From positions 1,881,929 to 1,945,928 of the forward strand of contig OU015570.1 in the NCBI GenBank assembly GCA_907165135.1: DNA of 64,000 nt. The letters are read 5' to 3'. Origin of the DNA: Oikopleura dioica. Its lineage: Eukaryota; Animalia; Chordata. The number at the start of each line of letters is the position of its first letter. Within the stretch, counting starts at the first letter, position 1. Positions 49,101-59,251 of this stretch are shown here, piece by piece. The notes under the pieces were generated by a model. That model had not been told where the DNA came from, did no database searches, and saw only the letters and a program-made list of their open reading frames with translations. The translations under genes were made by a program, and so were the position numbers.

Positions 49101-49707
49101 ATTTGTAAACAAGTTCATCCAATTGAGCCTTTTGAACATTGTTTGCTGACCCGTATGATCCGATATCGGGTTTGAAATTGGTCCTTTCGGCGGCTTGTGA
49201 ACGTCTTTGGAGGAACTGATCGTATTCCTCCTTTTCAGAGCCAGATTTTCTATCCAGCTCTATAATTCCTGTGAGAAGCAGATCTGAGGAATTTGGATTG
49301 ATCGTGGGGATAGGTTTTCCTAGGAGAGTTATCGAGCTTTCTCCAATCGTAACTTGCTTGAGCGTATCCATGCCAAGAATGATCGGGCACGAAAGGTTTT
49401 GAACAATGAGCGGGTTGAGTTTGATCTTGAGTGGCGATCCATTTCTTATCAGATTTGCTTCGATCGTGGAGCTGAGCGTACTGACTTGAACGATTTCTGA
49501 ATTCGCACACTTGAGCCTTATATTCGAGGGTGTTTGTTTGTTGACGTGAGCTGGAAGTAGGTCGATTACATCGGAGCGGAAACATGTTCGACTACATCCG
49601 GTGTCAATAAGAGCGGGAAAGGTTAGTCCCTGGAGCGTGATCTTGACATATTTGAGCGAGGTCGGTGCAAAATGAGCATATTTACACGTTTCGGTGACCT
49701 TTGATAG
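34158..49707 (-). CDS. pol: E3 pol, split by the E4 insertion (pieces 49707-49061 and 36993-34158)
   Basis: ALIDTGCS protease, LYIDDL RT, LVTDSSG RNaseH, HHCC plus FIDLVD / SDNGREF / ERIHR integrase. Removing E4 gives the contiguous DDLGRLFGFRYTLPLY...EAMTKWKQ. Confidence 0.95.
37825..39002 (+). CDS. E4 antisense gene A, predicted spliced, up to ~318 aa
   Basis: Predicted exons 37825-37875, 37915-37956, 38050-38253, 38303-38528, 38569-39002. GT-AG introns of 39, 93, 49 and 40 nt join them in one frame. The 40-nt intron 38529-38568 is the best supported; the upstream exons are less certain. Confidence 0.65.
39079..39950 (+). CDS. E4 antisense gene B, 2 exons, 277 aa
   Basis: A 38-nt intron GTAGGT...AAAG (39416-39453) joins the 154- and 140-codon ORFs in frame (TNR-DADPFDG). 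Disordered S/P/D-rich N-terminus and a globular C-terminus with HCCVC. Confidence 0.72.
40273..42759 (-). CDS. env: E4 env, 828 aa, intact
   Basis: Signal peptide MRLKRIIFLLFFIQ, Thr-rich mucin-like region, Cys cluster, furin site RGRR, heptad repeat, Cys-rich domain, TM VAGVVFFVLFIIALA, short tail. Confidence 0.92.
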   Translation of the reverse strand: MRLKRIIFLLFFIQESRCEKSQETTPQTQLTSTKRTNDESKMKEPAITVVSDLNIMIVNENKENTLLVEEETSSPISISYKLPDLTDVFAHCSADERDTIKSVIDADATLALVKKQVDQLKEDFLAEIREETGNRRRRTTESSTIGRESRPTKPTTTTTTTTTTTQPTNKLNFNPTRRNRLVFEPRGQPRPSQDPVTDRDQARQRDVPGDRRPRHSIRNRLQSSNMVESSVVNISRQESKTTLPTKSSTSTKRPSTTTKTTTKTTTLPTTTTATKTTVPTPAPTIAYYPGPGVRQNDMNTGVCVENGSPVDEGMGELVQCEEPATCCSQFDCQYGVQRSIASDIINYVASAYNDPTLKDTQTRFCFDEWHSRGRRDLSWLQYWSHGGPLGPGSINTEVRNLENTEDAKIQELARKMIDESELDTAIKATNSEISVLKDELCLANQESVNELRLLEIRLGYSDLRDRIEDAVRQCSQGLLPGGIHRKLLKHACLALNPTKEQACASTEILDSFSCSMRRVRILDDQILIDIRIQVPKFVDDFVGKRLLAFPYQSKNRGTLQVLSSLPSYVGMSEKHLFEVNCREEMYRRYTICNFGEVSTTVNKNLRCLSSLLAHNSRSAQMFCRSSDYKGPSCISENLPQGLAVWSSNRLDASHRTSANKLGRVVETVPAMVPTLLTVEGASIDCDGVTREVPPNEGNSTIDTVKSELDHIPYEKAESDIRMREMSMMNKKIERLQDTSNQHEKDIIKKESFITGLLNLDSKHETTAKTVAGVVFFVLFIIALATGCKCLKHVCKDVYSKWHLGRSELITNRLHYNAENENIVRGSRL
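43010..46413 (-). pseudogene. pol: E4 pol, frameshifted by an apparent deletion of the integrase N-terminus
   Basis: ALLDTGS protease, CYVDDI RT, LRTDAS RNaseH in 43894-46413. The IN frame resumes at YIAVARCAFSGFV with CDNHG and ERRNR, but no HHCC or first catalytic Asp was seen. Confidence 0.88.
46468..48835 (-). pseudogene. gag: E4 gag (coiled coil, CCHC knuckle, RS-rich tail), frameshifted by a 16-bp tandem duplication
   Basis: aagtgtcacttcacca is repeated at 48442-48457 and 48458-48473. Removing one copy fuses the 127- and 660-aa ORFs (KIGEVTLVSKEDL). Knuckle CYKCGMKGHTKHEC. Confidence 0.9.
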
Positions 49708-51047
49708 TCATTCCTCGTTTTTGATCAATTTCTTTACGTGAGCGGGAACATCATCGGAGTGGATGTATTTGCACTTTGATCCAAATTTACACGATCCCCT
49801 TTTGACAAAGCTGAATCAGAATCCGTCGATCTTCGAAGTGTCGATTCTGATCTCTTCCGCTTTGGCTCTTTTGGCTTTGGCTGATCCTTTTTGACTGCTT
49901 AAGACACAATTTTTTTCAATTTTGAGCAGAGCATTGACACTTCTGAGCTTTGTGTCGATGAGGTTTCCTCTGCAGTGAATATATTTTCTTTCTTGAAGAA
50001 CGATCTTTCAAGTTCAGTGCTGCGCTGAGCGATGTTTTTGAGAGTCAGCAGCGATTTTTCCCTTCTGAGCAACTCACATAATCGCGGTTCTTGAGCGTTG
50101 ATGAACCTTTCGCAAATTATGCTTTCGTCGGCTGGATCAAGGGTTTCTTTGCCGTATCCTTTCTTGAAGAAGGCGATGAGTTTTGTGAGCGCCATGAATT
50201 GTGATTCACTCCCACGTTGGAAGGTGTTGTACTGGAATTTGTAATGTTCGGCATCCTTTCCGTGGATGAGAGTGAGTTTTTTTTTGAAAAGATCCCAGCT
50301 TTTGAGCTCATCAGCTGAGATCGCTTCGATCAGTGCGCTTCCGGTCTCTTCAGTCAGAAGTTGAGCGAGACTGACTTGGATCAGGTTTTCTTGCGAGAGA
50401 CCGTAGCAGAAGCTGTAGATTTCCATTGACTTTAACCAATTTTGTATGGGGACCGAGGGGTCAAACTTCGGAGTCTTGATCTTGAAGTTATCGCCCTTTT
50501 TTGGTTCGTGTCGGGATCTTGACCGTTGTTTTGGAACCTTTGGAGCTTCTCCCTCCTTTTTGTGGTTTTGATCAGGAGTCTCTTTCTTGATTTTCGGTTC
50601 ATTCTTCGGAGCTGATCGTTGATTCTGTCGAAACGTTTCATCAAGTTCACTTCAGTCAATAGAGTCTGGAAGAGATTCTTCCGAGCTTTCATTGTCAGTG
50701 GCTTCTTCCATTTTCATGGAGATCATGAGCTCGGCAAGTGTTGTGGCTTGAGCGGATGCCAGGATTTGCCTGATCTCCATCTTGTGATGCCTCTTAGCGA
50801 ACTTCTGATCTATCTCGTCGCTTCCGTCATCATCATGGAGGTAGTTTGTGAATTCACCTTCCTTGTTGAACACGAACTTACGATTTTCGGCGAAAAACTC
50901 CCCATCCAACTTGTGGATATTCAGAACAATTGATGACTTATCTGTGATAGGGAGCTGTGGAGGATACGTTTGATTCGAAACATGGTCGTAGATCTTCAGC
51001 AGTTCTTCTCGATTCAGATCAGAGGCAAGTTTGAAATAGCGAGTCAT
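49708..51047 (-). pseudogene. gag: E3 gag with nonsense and frameshift lesions and a CCCH-type finger
   Basis: In-frame TGA at 50652-50654, frameshift near 49930, then GF*FSFVKRGSCKFGSKCKYIH. Terminal TGA at 49708-49710 followed by CTA, in frame with pol. Confidence 0.85.
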
Positions 51048-51634
51048 GTTTCTTTACAGCAGCTCTCTTCAATCGTAAATCTCTATATGGGCGAAGCGTT
51101 TTTCTCAGTCACCAAATTTGTAATGGTTTTGCAACCTATGCAAATGAGTGAACACAAGAGAAATATACAGACAACTGAGCAAAGTTGGCTGTGTATAAAA
51201 AGAGTAAGGTTTTTGAGCTTTTTATTTGATCTATTCTCTGAGCGAGCAAAAGTGAGAATGAATGTGAGAGAGATGGTGAGCGGTTTTTATAGTTTTTCAA
51301 ATTTTCGGGTTCCCAGTAGATTAATCGGCTGTTATTCGATCGTATTGTTTTCATCGGATTAATTGAACATGAACGTAATAATTCGTCACCAACGGATTTT
51401 GTCACTTGGAAAAGGAATAATTCCATTTTAGCGGATTAATCGGATTTCGAGCATCAGGACGTGAGAATAATTTGAAGAGCGGCGTTTTAAAACGGATTAT
51501 TTGGTTTTTCAGGAAGGGCGCGCGTTTAAGAGTCGATTATTTCGCCAGCGCTATTGCGCCATCATTTTCACTTACGCGCCGTGCTCGCGTGGCAAGCTTT
51601 GCTTTGCCCCGCGGCGTGATCGTAATTAGAGCTA

Positions 51635-54147
51635 CAGTTGGCACCCAAAATTCGGTACATAATTTTGTAGCCGGAATCTTCGAAAATGTACCGAATTTTG
51701 GGTTATGGGAATTTTGTCGACGGATTTATGTAAAAATGGAATTTATTTTTTATCTTATCGCCAACCGTTCTTGCAGGATAAATTCATTGCCATTATTGAT
51801 CTCATGCTTCTCTACAGCAGAAAGACTGATTGTTTTCTTGTTGATTAAAAATGCATTCGCTTTACTTTTAATATGGGGAAACAGAGAAAACTTATCCCAA
51901 AAAAAGAGCTTGGTTCAATTCGTATTGACCTTCCGGTTTCAAAGAAGAGAGAATTTATCAAGCGAATCATCCAGTTCGGCGGAAAATACAAGACCATCAA
52001 TGTTGATTACAGAAAACTCCAAAAAGGCGAGAAAAAGAAAGATCTCCCTCGTACAACCTTTAACAACTGGAGAAATTTTGGTTCGAAGTATTTGGACGAT
52101 GATAATGTCGCATGCAACTGTCGTCTTTCTTACAATAAAAGTGATTCAAAGAAACGATTTGAAGATATTGTAATGGAGCGAGTAAAATCGGCAGCAGTTG
52201 ACACTGAAGGATCTTTTGGATTGCTTTTGATATTAGAAGATGTTCAAAAACTCGCTGAATTCGAAGGCAACGAAGAAATTCGTTCATTAAAATTTAGCCA
52301 GAATTATATTGATCGAATCATGAGGCAATATCATTACCGAATCACAAAGGTAATGAAATTTTCATTCCTGTTATATTTTTTGAAGGCTTTGAGCAACACA
52401 AAATCATTAACAGAAGATGAAAAGCATGCGGAAAGTACTCGTTTGGAAGCTGTTCAGAAGGGATTTACGACTGATTGCATTTTCAATTGTGATGAGGTTA
52501 TTTGAGCAGATATAATTAAAATTGCACCATAGTCACTTACTTTTTAGAGCGCACTGTTTATAAATTATGAGCCCAAATGCCGAATCATTTTGAAGAGTGG
52601 CTCTCATTTCAAACGATCTCCTCCGACCAATTCGAAATTGCGGGTGACTCTTCTGCCGTTCATCCCAGTTATTGGGCCAGTGAAGTTCAAGCCTGCAATT
52701 ATTTTGAAAGGTTTGAAATCCGGGCGAGTAGATCGAGTAAATGGGTAAAGGATAATCGCGAGCTAATCGCGAAAAATTCGCGATTTTTAATGGGGGCCTT
52801 AACTTTAAAAATATTTAGGCCACAAAGCTTCGCGCTGGAGCGACATTTTGGGGTCCCGGTGCATAAAACGGCGCGGCAAGGAGATCTGCCGAAAAGAGCT
52901 CCAGCAGGGGGTTCTTTATTCCAATTCTAAGGGTTGGTGCACGAGAGAAATTTTCGAGGCTGAGGTAATACGTTTTTCCAAGTTTTTGGAAAAGCATAGG
53001 CCTGGAAAAACGTGCTGCCTCTTGCTCGACAATTTCTCCGCGCACAAAGTTGACCTGGGTGGACTTGGAGTGAAGAACCTCCGGCTGGAGTTCTTCTTGC
53101 CGAATTGCACCGGGACATTTCAGCTGGGCTCAGCAAACCGGGCTGTGTAAAAACCTGTCACAGGTCGTGTTTCCGGTTTTTCGGGAATCTGTCTGAGTAC
53201 GAGGAGCCATTGATTTAAAATTCGTTTGCAATCAAGCATATTTTTTGCTCGTCGAACGTACAGTATCAATGGCTAAAATTGGGTGATCAAGAAGAAATGA
53301 ATCATGCTGGCTCAAACGCAGTTGAAACATGTCACTTTGACTTTTTATACGTAGGAAACAAAAAATGGCATTGGAGTAATGCTCTTCTGTAGTAATGCGA
53401 AGGGGTACTTTTCAAGTCAAAATAAAAGTTCAAGCCTTCGCCAAAAATGATTCACTTTTCCAAGTCTCTCATTTAATTCTAAACTAGTCTCTGTGGATTA
53501 GTCCGTACCACTTGTGTCTGTTCTCGTAATTGGTGAGCGTAAACAGCAGTTTGAGTTAATCCATCTCTCGATTTTAAAAAATCACAGGTTGCCGAGCCCT
53601 GAATTCTCGCCGGCGGACCAAGTGCTTTTTGCCTGTTTAAAGCAGTCATATCGGCGTTGGCTCACCAAGTTTCGCCACGAGAATCAAATTCCATCACCTT
53701 CTCTCAAAATTGGCGTGAAGATGGCTCTCAAACTGACAATGGAAATTTCTCCAAATGTCATTTCTTCTTCGTGGAAAAGAACTGGAATTAAGCGGTTTTC
53801 TACTTTGGAGGTAACTAGTCTCGTCTTTACTATTCAATTTTAAATCTTTAGGCATGCGAAGAAGCCGACGAAGAAGCCGTTCTACTGCATCAGTTGGAGA
53901 CACTGGAGATACAAGAAGAAATGGAAAATGAAGACAACGATGAAGGTGACGTGATGGAAGTTCAAGAAGCTGGTCAATCTGATGCATCTCCGGTTCCGAA
54001 AAAGAAGCCAATTCAGTCTCAAATTACTTCTTTCTTCGCTAAGAAGTAATCTTATAGTAGAAATAAAAAATCTTTTGAAAAATTTTGTTTTCATTTTTCG
54101 CAAAAATGTACCGAATTTTGGGTGTACCGAATTTTGGGTGCCAACTG
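51635..54147 (+). mobile_element. pogo/Tigger-like DNA transposon inserted in the E3 5' LTR
   Basis: TA TSD; 25-bp TIR cagttggcacccaaaattcggtaca; intron-containing transposase. Confidence 0.93.
51873..53843 (+). pseudogene. pogo-family DDD transposase, spliced and interrupted
   Basis: N-terminal HTH-like region; introns 52350-52385 and 52497-52547; motifs NCDE, KLRVTLL, LLLDNFSAH, FLPNCT and PADQ. A ~490-bp insertion (~53125-53610, ends resembling CAGGG...CCCTG) separates the last two motifs. Confidence 0.82.
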
Positions 54148-54835
54148 TATTCTGTAAAACCACTACAACAGTAAACCTCAACTTGAAGCAAAAAACTTAC
54201 TTAATTATAATAGCGCAGACTCAAATCTACAGATAGAAGTGTCAATCACTCTTTGCCGATTTGGGAATCGTAAGATATTTAAGGTTTTCGAGGTTGAAAT
54301 ACGATATTTAAGCCTTGGGAAAGTCCTCCGGAGGACTTTTCTTGAAGATATTTGCTTAGAAAGCATTTACTCTTTAATTCAGTGACCTCAGATTACTTCA
54401 GTCTTGAATCATTCTTCAAGAAAAATCTTCCAAAAACCGGATTTTTGGTGTAATAATGCATTTTGGTGGTGCTCTTATATGAACTCGAATTCATAATACA
54501 TATATGTATAAGTAACCTTTCATTAAAAGGTAAATAAAATTTACTTAAAAATAAAGATTAATGATGCATATTATTTTGGTGTTTTGGTGCAAACTTGGTC
54601 GTGCAATAACGTTATAATAAAAATTTTTATCATTTGTTTTTCTCAGGCGCTTTTGAGACAATATTTTTTGAAATCTGCGTGCCTTAAAACCCTTGGGAAC
54701 TCATTTTTCAAAAGAAAAAACTAAAAATTTCATTTTTGGAACTTCAAACGGCTCTAGAATCCTATTCCCAGCTCGTTTGGTGATGAGTCATACATTTTTA
54801 GAATCCTCAGATCATGTAGATCACGTGGGAATTTA

Positions 54836-55226
54836 CAGCCGGAGTCCAAATTAAGGGACACCAAGATAAGGGACTTTTTACGAAAAATGCCGAAAATCTG
54901 CGCCTCAAAAAATCTAATTTAAGGGACTTTTTCAGACGAGAAAATTTCTTTTATTCAATCGACAGCAGATAAAGGAAATCAGTTGCTTGTTTTTTAGATT
55001 TTTTGAAAAATTAAGTGATCTGTGATTAAAAATACGAAATCGCTCCAGAAGCTGGATTCGTAGAGACGGAAACAGCATTTTCAGCTTCTTCAAAAGCAAA
55101 AAACTGCTCTAGAAGATTTTTGTGAAAAATTTCGCGTGCCCGGAAATTTTCCTTCATGACCCGATTTATGGGACTATTTTCGACAATTTTGGGACCAAAA
55201 AAGTCCCTTATTTTGGACTCCGGCTG
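54836..55226. mobile_element. Tc1/mariner-type MITE, 391 bp
   Basis: TA TSD; TIR cagccggagtccaaa(t/a)taagggac. Confidence 0.85.
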
Positions 55227-56094
55227 TATAAGACCGCTTCAAGTTGACCACCCAAAACCACATGCCGTACCCAAGTATACAACATCCTCAAATTAAAGGA
55301 AGAAGGTCAAAATTTGGCTTTTCTTCACATTTTTCTTGAAAAATTCAAAATTATAAAAGATGCTAATTAATTATTAATGAAAAATAATATAAACATAATA
55401 AATATAAAATCTTTCGGGCTGTCTTAGCCCCGTTTCTTGATTTTTTAATTTAAGGGGCTTGACATAGGCGTTGAACTTTTAGTTGATCAATCTTAGTTCT
55501 TTGCCCAACCCCTCCCACACCCATCGTTTTTAAAATTCAAATTATCCTAGTTGTCAACTTAATTATGGTTTTTATTTAAAATGGGGAAAAAATATTTTAA
55601 TATGGAGATTTTTAGTCGCTATGATTTTTGGCTTGAAAAAATCATCTTTGTACATCTTTTGCTGTCCTTTAGTTACAATCAGGCTAAGTTTAGAGAGTTC
55701 GAAAAAATAGATTTTACTTTTACGCTGGTTTTTGCGTGCTCACCCTGTATCCTGCGCCCCGTGTCTGATAGCGCGCCATGCGCTGCATTTAAAATATCGG
55801 CAAAATTCACTGTTTTTCGTAAATTTCGGACAGATGCATGTGCTTTTCAAATTATTTCATAAAGGATTTGAAATAAGCTCGCCCCGCCGGTCATTCCAGT
55901 AGCATAAATTTTTGAAATCGGAATACAACCTGGTGAACACAAAAACACCATCTTTGACCCTTTATATTTTGTCAACCCTTTTGTTTAGAGAGAGTTTATA
56001 AAGCAAAAATACTTATTTGAACTGTCTGAAAAACATATTAAAAATGAAAATCATTGGGATAGTATTTCGGGTACTAAATTTTTGTGTACGGACC

Positions 56095-56675
56095 CTAAGA
56101 CGCGCTTTTTTACGATTGGATTCTTATAACTTTTGATAGAGTTAACCAAATCTGGAGTCTTTGGGATCAAAATGATCCTCTCAAAAAATTAAAATTTTCC
56201 AATGCATTAGATTTTGAAAATTAAGTACCAATTTTCCGGAAATTATTTTAGGTACTCTAAAATATTGTTAGATCGGGACGAAACTAGTACCAGAAAGATC
56301 GCCAGAAAATTTCATGAAGAATGGTACCCATTTTGCTTCGTTTCGAACGTGCCCTTACAAAATAGACGGTAATCGTATTTTAGTACTTTTGGGTATCTTG
56401 AGCTAGTGATAAAATGCTCTAAAAGATAGATAATAGTCTGGTAATAGTATCAATCTTCATGAAATTTTCTGGCGATCTTTTGGTACTAGTTCCATCCCGA
56501 TCGAACAACATTTAGGGGTACCTAAAATCACTTCCGGAAAATTGGTACCTAATTTTCAAAAACTAATGCAGTGGAAAATTTTTATTTTTCGAGAGGATCA
56601 TTTTGAGCCCATAAACTCTAGGTTTGGTTAACTCTATCAAAAGTTATAAAATCCAACCGCAAAAAGCGCGTCTAA
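56095..56675. mobile_element. Old foldback MITE with ~230-bp diverged TIRs
   Basis: 56095-56330 vs 56455-56675 are recognisable inverted copies. Confidence 0.7.
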
Positions 56676-57040
56676 GTATATGTGTGTCAGTGAGAAATGA
56701 TCATTTATATATGGTTTTTGTGTGTTGTGGCGAGCGTTTGAATCGTAGTGGGTACTACCGTTGCGCTCTCACTTTTAAGGCGGTGAAAAATCTGGGTCTG
56801 AAGCCCTCTCAGACCGAGATTTAGCGCGAGGCGTGTATTTTCTGAGACGTACAACACCTACCACACTCCCCGCAGCTCAGAGCTTTGCCGAGCGCGCACC
56901 AATCAGAGCGCGGAGTGAAATAAGCGCCCTCACTCGGAAATAAAATCAAGAATCAAAGTTTAATAAAATAAACGGTTTTTTACAGTGATGATGAATTTAA
57001 AACTTATTTTTGCTTAAAAGGCGGTTATTTTTAGTACATA

Positions 57041-57201
57041 CAGTGGGTTGCGCAGGTAGTTGCCCCCTAAAGAGCGGGCGAAGGGTCAACCAATCCTGCA
57101 ATCACTTTGAGCAAGTCTAGAAAGGAACAATAGAAAAAGCGCGGGCGAAGGGGCAACCAAAGCGGCAATCGCAAAGGGGCAACTACCTGCGCAACCCACT
57201 G
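57041..57201. mobile_element. Tc1/mariner-type MITE, 161 bp, related to 30049-30209
   Basis: TA TSD; TIR cagtgggttgcgcaggtagttgcccc; shared internal motifs ccctaaagagcggg and tagaaaaag. Confidence 0.9.
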
Positions 57202-58072
57202 TAATAATAATATAGTTACATATAATATGTAGTTATATGTAGTTAAAATAAATTGATCGATAAAATTTTATTGGCTTTTCCACACTCAATCCCGGCTTCA
57301 CCCACTTCAATCTTTGCCTCAACAACTTCGATCCTAGCTTAACAGACGTCAATCCTGGTCGCTCAAGCGTCAATCCCGGCTTCTTAAGATCCGATCGGGG
57401 CGTCACTTTCTTCAATCCTAGCTTCTCAGATCCCAGTCCCGGCTTTTCAGTTGTCTATTATTCCTTCTTGAATAATGATCATGGCTTCTCCAAAATTAAA
57501 TTGACATTGGAAAAGCCGTGATTGAAACTGATGAAGCTGGGATTAACGCTGAAAAAGTCGGGATTGACGTCAAAGATTCTTTGACAAAGAACCCGGGATC
57601 GACATTCGAAAATCCAGAATCGGCAGACTCCTGAATTGGCTATTTAAGAAACTCAGGATTTTGAGAAATCCAGGATTTGAGAAATGCGGGATTTTGGGAA
57701 ATGCGGGAGCAGAAAAAAGAAAAGGGTTGAAAATTCCAGCGGCGAGAAGCAAATAAAATTTGGCGAGAAAAAAGCCGTCAAAATCGGATAAATGAAGAAC
57801 CATTTTCGTGGAAATGCACCAAAAATACGCATTTTTTTACAATTCTAATTATTTGAATCCAATATCTCATTTTTATCAAATAATTTGAGGCTCAACAATG
57901 TCCGTGCGAGACCCATTTTGGCAAAAACCGTAAGGGAGCTCTTAAAAAGAAAAATAAAAAAAAAAGACCATAAGTCTTTTTAAAACTGGGACAATTGGAA
58001 TTTTATAAACGATGGGTGAGGGCGGGGTTGGGGACTTCACTGAGATTGATCACCTCAGAGTTCCCAGCCATT

Positions 58073-58516
58073 GTCAAGCCCCTTAAATTAAAATATCAAG
58101 AATCGGGGCTGAGACGGCCCAAAGGGCCGTCAAGCCCCTTAAATTAAAATATCAAGAATCGGGGCTGAGACGGCCCAAAGGGCCGTCAAGCCCCTTAAAT
58201 TAAAATATCAAGAATCGGGGCTGAGACGGCCCAAAGGGCCGTCAAGCCCTTAAATAAAAATCAAGAATCGGGGCTGAGACGGCCCAAAGGGCCGTCAAGC
58301 CCCTTAAATAAAAATATCAAGAATCGGGGCTGAGACGGCCCGAAGGGCCGTCAAGCCCCTTAAATTAAAAATCAAGAATCGGGGCTGAGACGGCCCGAAG
58401 GGCCGTCAAGCCCCTTAAATTAAAAATCAAGAATCGGGGCTGAGACGGCCCGAAGGGCCGTCAAGCCCTTAAATTAAAAATCAAGAATCGGGGCTGAGAC
58501 GAAGGGCCGTCAAGCC
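58073..58516 (+). repeat. Tandem array of eight ~55-bp hairpin units at the end of an HP56 copy
   Basis: Unit caagccccttaaattaaaa(t)atcaagaatcggggctgagacggccc(a/g)aagggccgt. Confidence 0.95.
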
Positions 58517-59251
58517 ACTAAAACTTAAAAATTAAAAAGAGTGAGCTGAGTGAACTGATTTTCGAAAATGAATTTATCTGCTCAGACAATAATCACTCAG
58601 CTCAGCTTAGGCTAGCTCAATTATTCACGAACATGATCTATTCTGCTTAGCTTAGCTTAGCTCAGACAAGTTTCATTCAGCTCAGCTTAAGGATTTCTAC
58701 ACATTTTCCTTACATAAAAGCAGTAAAATACAGCTCAACCCAGCTCACTCAGCTTAGCTCACCTCTTATTTGGGTGATACGGCCTAATTCTTCGGCTTGG
58801 GGGCCGAAGGATTGATGCGTGTTAGAACTCTGATTCTTCGGCAAAGCCGAAGAACTAATGACTATTTATACAGTGATCCTTCGGCAAGAATCCGAAGAAT
58901 AGATGATATAAAAACACTGATTCTTCGGCTATGGATAATTACAACCGAAGAATTGAATAATTCTTATTCACTGATTCTTCGGCTTCTCAAAAAATTCTGT
59001 TTTTTTTTCTTAAAAAAATTCGTTAGCTCTAAGAAATCAAATAAAAATAAGTAAGTTTCGAGATTTTATTGAATAAATATTTTTCAATTGATTTTATTCC
59101 AGTCATTATGTACAGCGGTAGAGACAGAAGAAAAAGGGTGTCACCTTTTTAAAAGTATCATTTTCAATAAGAAAAATAAAAAAATGAGAGAAGGGTAGGC
59201 CAAAAAAGGATGAAGTCTTCAGATCTCATTCAAGCATTCAGAGGTCATTAC

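Larger units (their letters stand above)
31989..54167 (-). mobile_element. E3: Ty3/gypsy LTR retroelement without env, host of E4 and a pogo transposon
   Basis: 534-bp LTRs 31989-32522 and 51119-51634+54150-54167, about 4 mismatches seen; TGTA...TACA termini; TSD ACAG; PBS TGGTGACTGAG; PPT aaaaagaagagggaagaa. Confidence 0.96.

Noticed and set aside
57233-57415. ORFs in the outer inverted repeats (also 63687-63881)
   Set aside because: Products of aatcccggcttc subrepeats.
58100-58135. Hammerhead ribozyme suggested by CTGAGA plus a stem-loop
   Set aside because: The conserved GAAA after stem II and a stem III/NUH site are missing; it folds as a simple extended hairpin.
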